Source: Chiloscyllium plagiosum (lineage: Eukaryota). From it: a DNA stretch of 63,788 nucleotides. The first letter of the stretch is position 1; each line of letters begins with the position of its first letter. Position numbers and translations under genes: made by a program. Location of the stretch: assembly GCF_004010195.1 (NCBI RefSeq), contig NC_057756.1:2202020-2265807 (forward strand), given 5' to 3'. The notes below the pieces were generated by a model. The model searched no databases, was not told where the DNA came from, and saw only the letters and a list, made by a program, of their open reading frames with translations. Positions 25,945-37,634 of the stretch are shown here, in pieces.

Positions 25945-26995
25945 GGGAGAAGTGCAGATGTTGGTGATCAGAGTCAAAAAGTGTGACGCTGTAAAATCGC
26001 AGCCAATCAGGCAAAATCCGAGGAGAAGGAGAGTCTATGTTTGGGGCATAATATCTTCATTAGTAACATGGGAGGGGCGCAAGGGGGCTAAGAGATAAAT
26101 GGGAAGTGTTGGGGCTGGGGAAACATAACTAGAAATATGAAAGGTAGATGAAGTGATGTTGATGGTTGGACTGGATATTGGAGCAGATACGTGGGAAGGA
26201 TAATGGGCAGGTTTGATATTTCATGAGAGCAATGTCGAGTTGGACGGTTGGCTCTAAGATGACAGGGAGGTAAGGGAAATGAGGAAGTGCGTCAAATCGA
26301 TATTAAATCCATATTCTCGAAGGCAGAAGATGAGGTGTACTTCCTCCAGTCGTCTGGTGGCGACGGTTTGGCAGTCGCCACAAGACTTCCATGTACTTGG
26401 TGCAGTCGGATGAGGAGTTTACGTGGTCGGCCACAGTGTGGTGGAGTTGTTTGCTGTGTGTTTACTGGAGATATTCTCTGAAACGATCCGAAAGTTGGCA
26501 TTCTATATTCCTAAAGTAGAGGAGGCCACTTCAAGAGCAACAGATACAGTAGTTGGGGTGCTTGGATGTGCAGGAAACTCTCTGCTGTATGTGGAAGGAT
26601 CCTTTAGTGTCTTGGAATAATGTGAGGCAGGAAGAACTGGGACCGCCCAAACACACTGAATCAATGTCGATTCCACCAGTTTCCTCATCTCTCCTCCCCC
26701 AATGTTATTTGAGATCTAACTTTCCAACGTGGGAAAACCCTCTTAAACTGTCCTATGTCTCCATCATCCTTCCCAACTAACTGCTCCCCCTCCATCCCAA
26801 CCGATCAACCCCAACCTTCATTTACCCATCAGACTCCGAGCAACCTTCTCCAATCCAACCTAACCCCCATTTATCTGTCAGCCCCCTTGCTACCCTCAGG
26901 CATTCCTCCTGAAAATCATATTCTCAAACTGTCATCTATTCTGCTCATCAGATACTGGCCGACCACCTGTGCTTTTCCAAAGTGACACCTTTTAA
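25945..26995. mobile_element. Old Penelope-like element with inverted terminal copy
   Basis: 25945-26650 is a PLE 3' end/GIY-YIG region on minus; ~26670-26995 is the same terminal region inverted. Confidence 0.8.
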
Positions 26996-27636
26996 GCCGC
27001 ATCTAGATTGCTCCATGTGTTAATTTATTTGCGCATGTGGAATTGGTGTTGACATTCCAAAGCTCCCTGAATATTTCCTTTGCAACTGAACATACCTTGA
27101 ACTAACATATTTTTCGAAAATTGATGTTTAAATTGTGGAAATGTCCTCACAGATTTTACCCATTTTTATTGTGGAAAAAATTTGGACAACTCAAATTCTT
27201 AATCTTCTTCGATCCAAAGCCGGAGTCATATTTGCAACAAGCATAGAGAATTCTAAAAACATAACGTTTCAATGCGCAATAATTTTGTTTTCAAATGAAT
27301 TTTGTACTTCCTGAATGTAAGAAAATGAATTCAAAGCGTTGATTTAATTTATTTTGATTTTAAACATTATTACATATTATGATAAAATGCATTTTTATTA
27401 ACTTTTCACCAATCAAAATGCTGAAAGATTCGGAAATGCACACATTTTGGGAAGATTTCCAAAAAGCACACGGAAAATATTTAGTCTTATTAATAAAATT
27501 TTACATTAAGCAGCTTTAGAACCATGTCTTTAAAATATACAATAACTGATGTTTGCATAGTGAGCCAACTACCAATACTCCAGAGTTTTAAATAGCTTTC
27601 AAATTATTTCAATCGTTTTCACAAATATTTCAGCAG

Positions 27637-27663
27637 AAAGAATGGAAACAAAAATCTATTACG
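27637..27663 (+). other. Candidate 27-nt exon
   Basis: TTTCAGCAG|27 nt open in all frames|GTGAGT; same size as exons at 35154 and 53962. Confidence 0.35.
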
Positions 27664-28059
27664 GTGAGTAGTAATTCGTTTTATTTAGCTTATGTTCAGA
27701 ATTTCGAAGAAAAGCAATTGCGTTGTTTATCGATCAATGAGCTGTGAAATGCCAAAGTTCCCTATGATTCTGAATGAAACTTTGTTGCTTTTAACAGCGA
27801 AGCAAAACAAAACATGATTCCAATGGAATAAATCTATCCTGTCGAACGGGAGGCTCACTTATGACCATCACATCAGTTTCAGTTCTTTAGAAATTGTGTC
27901 AATACATAATGCATATTAAACGTTTGTTGAATAGGCAATTATCTTTTTTGTTGTTGTTTCTTTTATTTTTACATAAATTGTCACGGATTGTTAACAAAAA
28001 TGTACATAAGTCAAAGGGTAAGATTTTGATTAATGTTCTTAATGCGAACAAAAACATTT

Positions 28060-31000
28060 AGGAGAAAATTAGAACTGCAGATGCTGGGGATCAGAGTAGA
28101 GAGGGTATTGCTGGGAAAACGCAGCAGGTCATGCCGCCTCAGAGGAGCAGGAAAATCGATGTTTTGGACATTAGCCTTTCATCAGGAATGAGGTTTGTGG
28201 GCCAGGGGTGAGAAATAAGTGGTAGGCTAGTGAGGTTGGGAGAAAGGTAGCTGAGAAAACGATAGGTGGATGAAGGTGAAGGTGAAGGTGATAGGTCAGA
28301 GGTGGGAGTGATGGACAGGTCTGGAGGGCAATGTCGAATTGCAGATTTGTGTTCTGGGATAATGGCAGGGTAGGAGAAAGGAGGAAATTGTTGCAATTCA
28401 TATTTTATTCCATGTGAATTTAAGGTTCCACGGTGGAATATGACACGTTTATCCTCCAGGTATTGGGAGGTAACGGTTTGGCAGTGGAGGAGGCCCAGAC
28501 CCTCCATGTCCTTCATGTGGTGGCAGGGGAGGTTGAAAGTGCTCACCACAGGGCGGTGGGTTGGTGGATACGCGTGTCACACAGATGTTCTCTGATTTGT
28601 TCAACAAGAAGGTCTCCTGTCTCCCTGATATAGAAGATACTACACAGTGTGCAATGGATGCAGTAAATGACATTAGCAGAAATACAGGTAAACTTTTGAT
28701 GGAAGGATCCCTTGGGACTTCAGAAGGAGGCGACGGGAGTCGTTTGAGCGCAGGCTTTGCCCTTCCTGCGGTGGCAGTGAAAGGTGTCAGAAGTGGAGTG
28801 TGAGTTGGTGGAGTGTGGGGGCATTCACCTGACGGGATTTTCGGAGGGAATGGTCTTACGGGAACGTGGATAGGGGTAGGGAGGGAAATATATCTTTGTT
28901 GGTGGAAGTGGTGGAGGATGACATGCGCAAGTTGGGTGTAGTTAAATGTGAAGACCAGGGCGTTTGTGCCGTTATTGCATTGGGAAGGGTGGTGGTGTCT
29001 CGCTTCAGGGCATCGTCAACAATTTGGGAAGGAAAGTTGAGACCATGGAAGAAGGAGGCCAACTGGGATATTTTAAAGTGGAATTGGTCATCTTGTGAAT
29101 AGGAGTGGCGGAGGCAAAGGTATTGGGATGAGGGACAGCGTTTTTACAGGACATAGGTTTGGGAGTCGAGTAGACTATCTCGCTGTGAGAGTCGATTTCT
29201 CTGGTTAGTCGGTCGCCAAAGAAAGTGATGTAGATTTCCAGAATGGGGAGGGATGTATCTGAAAGAGTCCAAATGGATTTGAGGTTGAATGTTGTTGGTA
29301 AAGTTGCTGAATTTTTGAACCTCCAAGGCGGCACTGATATCGTCATCAATGTAATTGAGGAACAGGTTCGGTGATGTCAGTGCACCTGCATAAGATTGAC
29401 GGTTCCATGTATCTGACAAACTGGCATAGCTCAGTCCCATGCGGGTGTCCATGGTTTGGACACCCGCATTGGTGTTGATTTGGTTTGGGTTGGAACAAGT
29501 GTGAGAATTGTAAGGAGACGTTTTTGAGCGTGAGGACCAGCTCAGCCAGGCAGATGAGGGTGTTGTGGAAGCATACGCTTTGGGATGAAATGAGAGGATG
29601 AAACAGAAGGCTTGGAGATCTTCATCGTGGCAGATTGATGTGTACAAGGACTGGATGCCCATGGTGAAGATGATGCGTTGGGGGCCAGGGAAATAAAAAT
29701 CTAGGAGGAGGAGAAGGGTATGAGTCGTGTTAAGCAGTGGGAGTTTGTGGTCTAAGGTGGACAGGATGGTGTCGAGGTAGGAACAGCTGAGTTCAGTGGG
29801 ACAAGTGCAGCCTGAGTCAATTGGTCAACTGGGGCAATCAGATTTGTGAATCTTCGGTAGGAAGTACAATCCGGCAGTTTGGAAGTTGTAGATGGGAGAT
29901 CCTCGAGGTGTTGAGAGTATGGATGGGCTGGGAGAGGGTGGCTTGGTGATGGGAAGTGAGGTCGTGATCAAGGCTGCAAATAGAGGAGGTGTTACGATTT
30001 GGCCCACGACTTCAGTTGTGCAGACGTCGGGTTTGCCGCACTACGACTGCACCACCCTTGTCTGCAGATTTGATGGCGTGGTCGGGGTTGTAATGGAGAG
30101 AGTGTCAGGCTGCGCGTTCTGAAAGTGGGAGGTCGCAGTGGGTGAGTGTGCTAGAGGCAGTCGATGTCATGGCTGTAGGTTGAAATGATGATTTCAACGA
30201 TAAGTAACAGGATAGCATGCTGTGTCCAGTAGGATGGGGCATGTTGTAGGCGGGAAAAGGTGTCCTCATTCGGTGGGCGGGTGCCGTGGTTAAAAAAGGA
30301 ACATTCACGTTCGCAGCCTTAGTCAAAATCATCAACCTGGGAGCGTAGAGGTATTAAGATCAGGCCTTGCTGAGGAGTAAACGTTCGTCCTCAGTAAAGG
30401 GAGAGCTGGGGGAATGGTGAACACACGGCAGGGCTGGGAGCTCATGCCAAAGTGGGTCTGGAGCTGGAGGCGGAGACAGTTGTTTGAATGGACTTTATTA
30501 TAGGATCCCATATGACGTTAACAGTGAAAGTATCTATCACAAATGTGGTGTTTGGTTCTTGGCGGGTGACTTCACTGGTGGTGGAAATAACGTCGGCGTT
30601 AGATGCTTCTGCGAGGTGAAAAGTGTCTTTCAATGCAGAGGTGGCTGATACAGTGGCTACTGCAGGGACGGAAATGACGCATTGCGTCTGTTCTGTAGGC
30701 GATAAATCTAATTGAGGCGGTCGGTCTTGCGGCGGTCGGGATGGCAGTGGTCTTCTCGGCAGTTCCGGACGTGTTTGGGTGGGTGTCGATCGCGGAGGTG
30801 GTGTGGTTGGCAGTGGCTGCAGACCGTGGGGCGGCGCTGGGGACGGATGTGACGTCATGGCTCGGCCTGACGTTCACGGAAGGAGAGGCCGCGTAGCTAA
30901 TGGCGTCTGCATCTTTCCAGAGGCCCGGAGAAGGTTCGAGATGGTTCAAGGAAACGAATCCTTTTGAGAATGGAGAAACACAGAGGACCGTTTCGTCTGT

Positions 31001-31100
31001 GAATGTGTGGCTCTGAGTTGGGCCAGGACAGACTGCAGGTGGAGTAGATGGTGGCGCAGGCTGATATCGTGGAGCGGAGTAACCAGAAAGATAATTATTG
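28060..31100 (-). mobile_element. Near full-length decayed Penelope-like element (Thr/Ala/Pro-rich N-terminus, RT, GIY-YIG, terminal repeat)
   Basis: TEDERLLLSK (~30370-30395), MGIQSLYTSI, TRMGLSYA, LFLNYIDDDI (RT), GIY-YIG remnant ~28600-28700. Confidence 0.93.
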
Positions 31101-32638
31101 TTGAATATTTCTGCTCTTTTCTGTGTACTGGGTACCCTGTTCATGTTCAAATTCTGATGGTCTGAACACAATCATCCGCATGTATTCTGTATTCTGAAAA
31201 TTCTTCCTTTTGCAATGTTTCTTTGGAGCATAAATGTTCGAATGACTCCACCAAATCTATTCTAATTATCACTTTCTCTGAAGTCAATTTGGGCTAACAT
31301 TTCCAATTGGCGCTTATGAAGACTAGAGGCAGCTTACATGCAAGTAACACACCAATATGTTCAGATGGAGCAGCCCCGGAAAAGGAAGACATCACTGGAA
31401 AATTTCCCACTCACGAAACCATTCAAATTAACTATTTACGTAATTGTATTTACACATTTCCAATAAGCCATGCATATTGTATTTTGAGAAAACATAAACA
31501 TCAGGTCTCCAAGTCTACGTCCTCAGAAACTATGAAGACAAATACCCCAACTTGCATCTAACTGCACTGAAATCTTCCCACAGTCCGATTACATTAACAA
31601 ACCAAGATGAGCTAACCCCTTCTCCAAAGCTGGAAATGATTGACTCTGTCATCAGACTCGTCGACCTTCGTGGGACACCACTTTTTTAACATTATTTTAG
31701 CAGGGCACTGTTTCACTATTTCAGCTCTATTCTAGCCATTCCAACTGAGTCTCTAGCAACTCAGGAAAGAGCACCATTATATAATGTACAACTGAAAAAA
31801 GAAATTGCAGCATGATGCCCGTTGACATGGCACCCAGCATACAACTTTACCTCACCAGCCTTTGATCTCAGCCCACATTCCATAGTCTTATCTCCCACCC
31901 CAACTAACAGAAACAATGCATCACTTATATTTCCACCTTGCACCTGGAGCCCTATTTATTTGAAAACAAACAACTTATTCCACAATCATCGAAAACACCT
32001 GCCAACTGCAGTACTACTAATGCATGCATTTACCTTGTGCTTCCGTCAGTTAAACTGGCTATTTATGACAACGAACACTGAATTTTTCATGTTATAGTAA
32101 TACACTCCTCGGATAATTCGGTCAATACTATTGATTCAAATCATTGGCTTTCAATTGACTTTTGAAGAACAATTTCTGAAAGATGAAGTACCATGGATAA
32201 GTAGAGGGCAGGAATACAGTGCACAAATCATAGAGAATATGCTGACGAAATAGCAAAGAGCAAGATATCGCATTGAACGCTTAAACAAATCTTTAGTCTA
32301 ACAACAATGCTCTTCACACTTCTGTGCAGCTGAATTTCAATCAACTCTGACAGAGTAACGATTGGCTTAAAGAAATTGACAATTTATCCAGATATACTTT
32401 CACTCAGTTCAGTGCTTCCTTATCAAATCTGAATCTCCTGTGTTCGAATAATTGATTCCTAAGAGGACATCAGTGTTGAATATAAAATATTGAAACCATC
32501 TGTTTCGTACATGAATGATAATGTGTCGTGAAATGTGATGGTGAACATTTAAAGCATTTTTTTTCCATTGCCTGTGAGCTATGTGTAAATAGGTAAGACA
32601 GGAGCCCACACACATTAAAACGGGTCAGACTGAAACAG

Positions 32639-34186
32639 GTATTATGGACCAATCCAGAACCCCTCAAAATATTTCGAAAAGGTAGCTAAAGCCATGCTTT
32701 TCTCATTGTATGAGCAGTGCATATTTCAGGAGGGATGCAGCTTGCAAAAGCTTCAGTTTTAAGGAAAACAGTATTTATTTACAGAGTGCCAAATGAAACA
32801 GACACTAAAGAGAACAGAATAAAGAATAACACAGCCTATCCTAAAACCCAATTCAAAAAAATGCTGTTCACAAATACCTGGGAGAATCCTCATAAACAAC
32901 ACGAAGCAAATAAATTAAAATCAAACACGGGGTCTTATAGGGAAGAAAAATGGCAGAATGATTCAGCATAGAAAACACTCCATGACAAAGTGGGGTCTGC
33001 AGATACTGGAGATCAGAGTTGACAATGTGTTGCTGAAAAAGCACAGCATGTCAGGCAGCACCTGAGGAGCAGGAAAATCGACATTTCGAGCTGGAATCCT
33101 TCATCAGGAATGAGGCTTGGATCCTCCGGGGTGGAGAGATAAATGGGAGGGTGTGGGGCTGGGGAGAAGGTAGCTAAGAGTGCAGTAAGTTGATGGAGGT
33201 GAGGGTAAAGGTAACAGGTCAGAGGCGAGGGTGGAGAGGATAGGTGAGAAGGAAGACTAACAGCTGGGACAGGTCATGAGGACTGTACTGAGCTGGAAAG
33301 TTGGAACTGGGTTAAGTTGGGGGGAAGGGAAAATAAGGAAACTTGTGAAGTCCACGTTGATGCCCTTGGGTTGAAGGGTCCTGAGGTGGAAAATGAGGCA
33401 TTCTTCCTTCAGCTGTCGGGTGGTGAGAGAGTGGCGATGGAGGAGGACCAGGTCTTGCATGTCTTTGCCAGCGTGGGAGGGGGAATTGAAATGTTCGGCC
33501 ATGGGTCAGTGCGGTTGATTGTTGCGGGTGTCCCAGAGATGTTCTCTCAAGCACTCTGAGAGAAGGCATCCAATCCTCCCAAAGTAGAGGAGACCGCTTT
33601 TGGAGCAGCAGATAAAATAATTGCCATGCAGTGGAACCTTTGTTGGATGTGGACTGTTCCTTTGGGGCCTTGGATGGAGGTGAGGAGGGAGGTGCGGGCG
33701 CAGCTTTTGCAATTCTTATTGTGTAAGGGGAAGGTGCTAGTAAGGGAGGGTGCCTTGTTATGGGTTTGGGTCTGACCAGGTACTCACAGAGGGAATGGTC
33801 TCTGCAAAAATCGCCTAGGGTTGGGGACGGAAATATTTCCCTGTTGGTGGTGGTCCATTTGGAGTTGGAGGCAATATGGGCAGATCATGCCAGCAGAATA
33901 AAACGTTCTGCCAAGTCATCGTTTCTTTTGGATTCTTAGCTAACAACCGACCAGCAGCTCTGAACAGCCAGACTGCTAAAACCAAATAAAAAAGTAAAGT
34001 CTAACTGAGAGAAATGGCCACTCCCTTTTTAATGTAGAAATGTTTTTTTTTTAATTTTTAAATTGAAAGCGTACACAAAAGCAAGTATGCAAAAGCAGAC
34101 AAAATGGAAACTCAGCTTTTCCTATCCCTATGAAAGTAAACGCATGACAAATTAGCCGAGTTAAACTAGCAGCATCTTCACAGAAC
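32639..34186 (-). mobile_element. Solo Gypsy LTR split by a PLE insertion
   Basis: LTR 3' end (rc of TATTATGGACC..AGAACCCCTCAAAATATTT) at 32640; LTR sequence resumes at ~33886. Confidence 0.75.
32985..33885 (-). mobile_element. PLE 3' fragment (GIY-YIG and terminal repeat)
   Basis: CCSKSGLLYFGR..LREHL, AEHFNSPSH, EECLIFHLRTLQPKGINVDF. Confidence 0.93.
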
Positions 34187-36098
34187 AGAAATAATGTAGA
34201 TTTGGTGTGTAAGCTATCAGGATGGACTGAGTATTAAATTGGTATCACAATGAATCTAATTGAATTCATTCGCATCCTTTCAAATCAGTTGTGGTAATGT
34301 TTTCCTCAGCTACTCGCTTTGTCAGGTAGACTGTAGTTTATTGAAATTGAACGAGAGTGACATTTTTTATTTCTTCTGGTTGGTTCTTTCTTCATCCGCA
34401 CTGCACCACTGAAATATGTTTTGGCTTTTCTATTTAAAATCTGGATATATTGCCGAGTGACCTGTCAAAAATGAACTGGCACTGCAATAATGTAAGTTTC
34501 ATATTTGTGTGCAGACTCACCTAAATTACAAAGAAGTCCATGTGGAGGAATATATGCCCAATCCTCAATATATTTCACCACTATAATTGTTTCTGAAACA
34601 GGACGTTGTATCCACCTTCCAGGTGAGTGCAACGGACAGAGAGGAGCAAGACTATATTCAATCTAGTTAAAACAAAAAATCATGATCAACTATGATTTGC
34701 ATGAGAATATATTTCCTAATCTTGCTCCTGACTTTGTTACGCACTAAATTAATTCGTTGTTCGTTGTGTCTTAGCAGGGAGAGAAAACATGCAGGTCATA
34801 TCATTTTGACATTGAAACAGTTTAGCAGGTTTAAGAGACTCAGTAGTTCTCAGAAGTTGATTGTAACCAAATGAAAACCTCTGTACTTCAACTTCATGTT
34901 TGGTATAAGTGATAGTGTTGATTGCATTCATTTATTTTTGTTTCCACAAGCTTCTGCTTTGTTATCAGATGTTTCCGTCAAAGACAATTTCCATGCATTG
35001 AATAAAATTGAAACTATCATTTATCAGTGTTATATCCAACTTGATTCCAACGTATTCCTGTATTTGGTATGCTCTATGCTCAAGGAAAATTTCCCTCACT
35101 CTGTAAAGCAATTAATATGAAGAATGACGTACTTCACTGCATTTGAATTACAGATACGCAGCTGCAGAAGAAAGATAAAGGTGATAAATACGTGCAAGTG
35201 AAGGCATTTAAAAGGTGGAAGAGAAACCCAATATATGTTCAAGAAATAACATAAATATAGCAACTTGGAAATTATGACTTCTTTGACAGATATTTCTAGT
35301 TATCATGCACACCTGGGATGTAGTCATGAGTCAAAATCCACAGTTTCCTTGATTATAAATGACTATGATTAATTGACATACACTTACTCAAAATGTTGAA
35401 ATTCAATAATATTTTGTGTGTTAATGACTGTTCTTTTGCAAATCCAAAAGGCAGCGAATATTCACACAATGTCAACACTGCTTCTCTTATCACTGATGTG
35501 TTCCGATGCATGGCGTTTCCATTTCAATTTTCATTTTGCTTTCAGTTCACTATCACTTGCAAAATATCACATATGTTTTATCAGCTTTTCTTCTCAGAGT
35601 TCTTCTCCCTTACATGTCATCATGTTTATTTGTTTTCTTGACAGTGATCGCAAAACTGATTGAACTCCAGGAAATCGCTGGTGAGGATAAAGAGAATTAG
35701 CAGTAATTTGAATACAATGATAATAATTAACTCTGGACAATCTACAGGTTTGATGCGCAGTATGAATAAAAACACATTGTGAATTCGTTCTTTACAAAAG
35801 AAGAGCAGCAATAACTGCAGAATACAGAATAATAAGCAGTGTTAAGCAATTGGAAGGGAAGCAGACGTGAAAGAAAATGCAAAGCAAAATATGAAAAATA
35901 CATTGTCAAGGTGCCTTAAAACAAAATAATTCGGTAAACCTGATCATTTCACTTGCTCAAAAAGTGGGGAAAAAAATCTTTGAATAACTCCCAAGACATA
36001 CATTTGAGTGAGAGTAATGAGATACACACTTTAGTGGTGAGATTTCCAGGAGCATATACGCATTTGAACAGCATTCGATTATTCAAATGAGCAAGCTC

Positions 36099-36160
36099 GT
36101 AAGACAGAAACATTGTTTCGAAGTGATTTGTAAGACAGAAACATTGTTTCGAAGTGATTT
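36099..36160 (+). repeat. Perfect 31-bp tandem duplication
   Basis: GTAAGACAGAAACATTGTTTCGAAGTGATTT x2. Confidence 0.95.
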
Positions 36161-36188
36161 CAGTTAAGCTTCCCAACTAATTGGGGAA

Positions 36189-36756
36189 AGAGCTAAAAAT
36201 GTGTTGCTGGAAAAGCGCAGCAGGTCAGGCAGCATCCAAGGAACAGGAGAATCGACGTTTCGGGCATAAGCCCTTCTTCAGGAATGAGGAAAGTCTGTCC
36301 AGCAGGCTAAGATAAAAGGTTGGGAGGAGGGATTTGGAGGAAGGGCTTTGGAAATGCGATAGGTGGAGGGAGGTCAAGGTGAGGGTGATAGGCCGGAGTG
36401 GGGTGGGGGCGGAGAGGTCAGGAAGATGATTGCAAGATAGGAAGGCAGTGCTGAGTTCGAGGATGAACGCCTTCCTAACCTGCAATCATCTTCCTGACCT
36501 CTCCGCCCCCACCCCACTCCGGCCTATCACCCTCACCTTGAACTCCCTCCACCTATCGCATTTCCAAAGCCCTTCCTCCAAATCCCTCCTCCCAACCTTT
36601 TATCTTAGCCTGCTGGACAGACTTTCCTCATTCCTGAAGAAGGGCTTATGCCCGAAACGTCGATTCTCCTGTTCCTTGGATGCTGCCTGACCTGCTGCGC
36701 TTTTCCAGCAACACATTTTCAGCTCTAATCTCCAGTATCTGCCCTCACTTTCTCCT
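36189..36756. mobile_element. Young fold-back PLE: ~258-bp inverted arms, 22-nt loop, flanking direct repeat
   Basis: Arms 36189-36446 and 36469-36726; near-identical peptides on both strands in the ORF track; CCAA(C/T)TAATTGGGGAAAG at 36173-36190 and 36757-36774. Confidence 0.97.
36630..36670 (+). ncRNA. Minimal hammerhead ribozyme motif of the PLE terminal repeat (mirror copy on minus ~36245-36285)
   Basis: CTGAAGA-A-GGGC-TTAT-GCCC-GAAAC-GTC. Confidence 0.8.
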
Positions 36757-37009
36757 CCAATTAATTGGGGAAAGCCAATGCAAAAAAAAAGAGGTGCAGT
36801 AACAGTGCTGTGCCTCACAGCTCGTGCAATTCGGAAATGTGTGAAATTCCATAATGCATTTCAGTTGAATTATAGAGCTAAGAGTTTCATAATTCTACAA
36901 AGTAAAGCGATGGAAATTAATTGTTTACTTCCTTAAGAATGATGAGTGATGAAAAATGTAATAACTTACGTAACTGAAATCGAAAACATTTTACTTGATT
37001 AAACTGATT

Positions 37010-37340
37010 TAAGCGGAATACATAGAGTCAATCGCCAGAGACTTTTTCACCAGGGCAGGATAGACTGGTACGAAAAAATCATAGTTTGAAGATATTCGTT
37101 CGAAGGTATAATGGAGACATCAGTGGTAGGTTCTTTACCCAGAGAGTTGTGAATGCGTTGCCACCTCAGGTGGTGGAAGCGAAGTCATTGAGGACAGGTA
37201 AGCCATTGCTGGACATGCACATGGATACCAGTGAGTTGAAGGGTGCATAGGTTAAGTTACTATATTTTACATTGCGATTAAGTCTCGGCACAACCTCGTG
37301 GGCCTCAGGGCCTGTTCTGTGCTGTCCTTTTCTATGTTAA
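37010..37340 (+). mobile_element. CR1 3' end fragment
   Basis: FFTQRVVNA remnant and GGGCCTGTTCTGTGCTGT..TTCTATG tail. Confidence 0.88.
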
Positions 37341-37634
37341 AAAATCCATGACCAATACGTGGTCGATTTTCTTTCTACTATATCGAAATGCGTTAGGGAC
37401 ACATACGTGAATCATAAGAACAGAATTGTCATTCAGGTCAAAATCGAAATAACACTGCACAATAATCATTCATGGAACCAATGGTGTTGTCAAGGTGCTT
37501 TAATGAATTCGAAATTAAAATATAAATGAAAGGGAAAATCACATCGCGCATGACAATAACATAGATAAAACATAGTGATGTTGCTGTGGCTTTCAGAGAT
37601 TTATCTTGTTTTCTTTAGGAGAGATGTTGAACGA

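Larger units (their letters stand above)
31320..35700 (+). pseudogene. Decayed CD200/nectin-like IgSF gene: V (~31320-31669), C2 (31736-~32000), TM-like 34515-34622, 27-nt exon 35154-35180, last exon 35645-35700
   Basis: V: QLTCK, ENI, SGLQVYVLRNYEDKYPNLHLTALKSSHSPITLTNQDE..IRLVDL|GT phase 1; C2: TAG|IPTESL..LTW..SIVLSPT; last three exons splice in phase to DSP..RCIHLP-DTQLQKKDK-VIAKLIELQEIAGEDKEN*. Confidence 0.5.

Noticed and set aside
32150..32480. CD28-like V remnant (RVTIGLKKLT..DI)
   Set aside because: Too few anchored residues; no Cys/Trp at reliable spacing
34521..34592. Minus-strand ~72-nt exon with good AG/GTGAGT signals
   Set aside because: No partner exons found; the overlapping plus-strand exon fits a multi-exon chain, though this is not excluded
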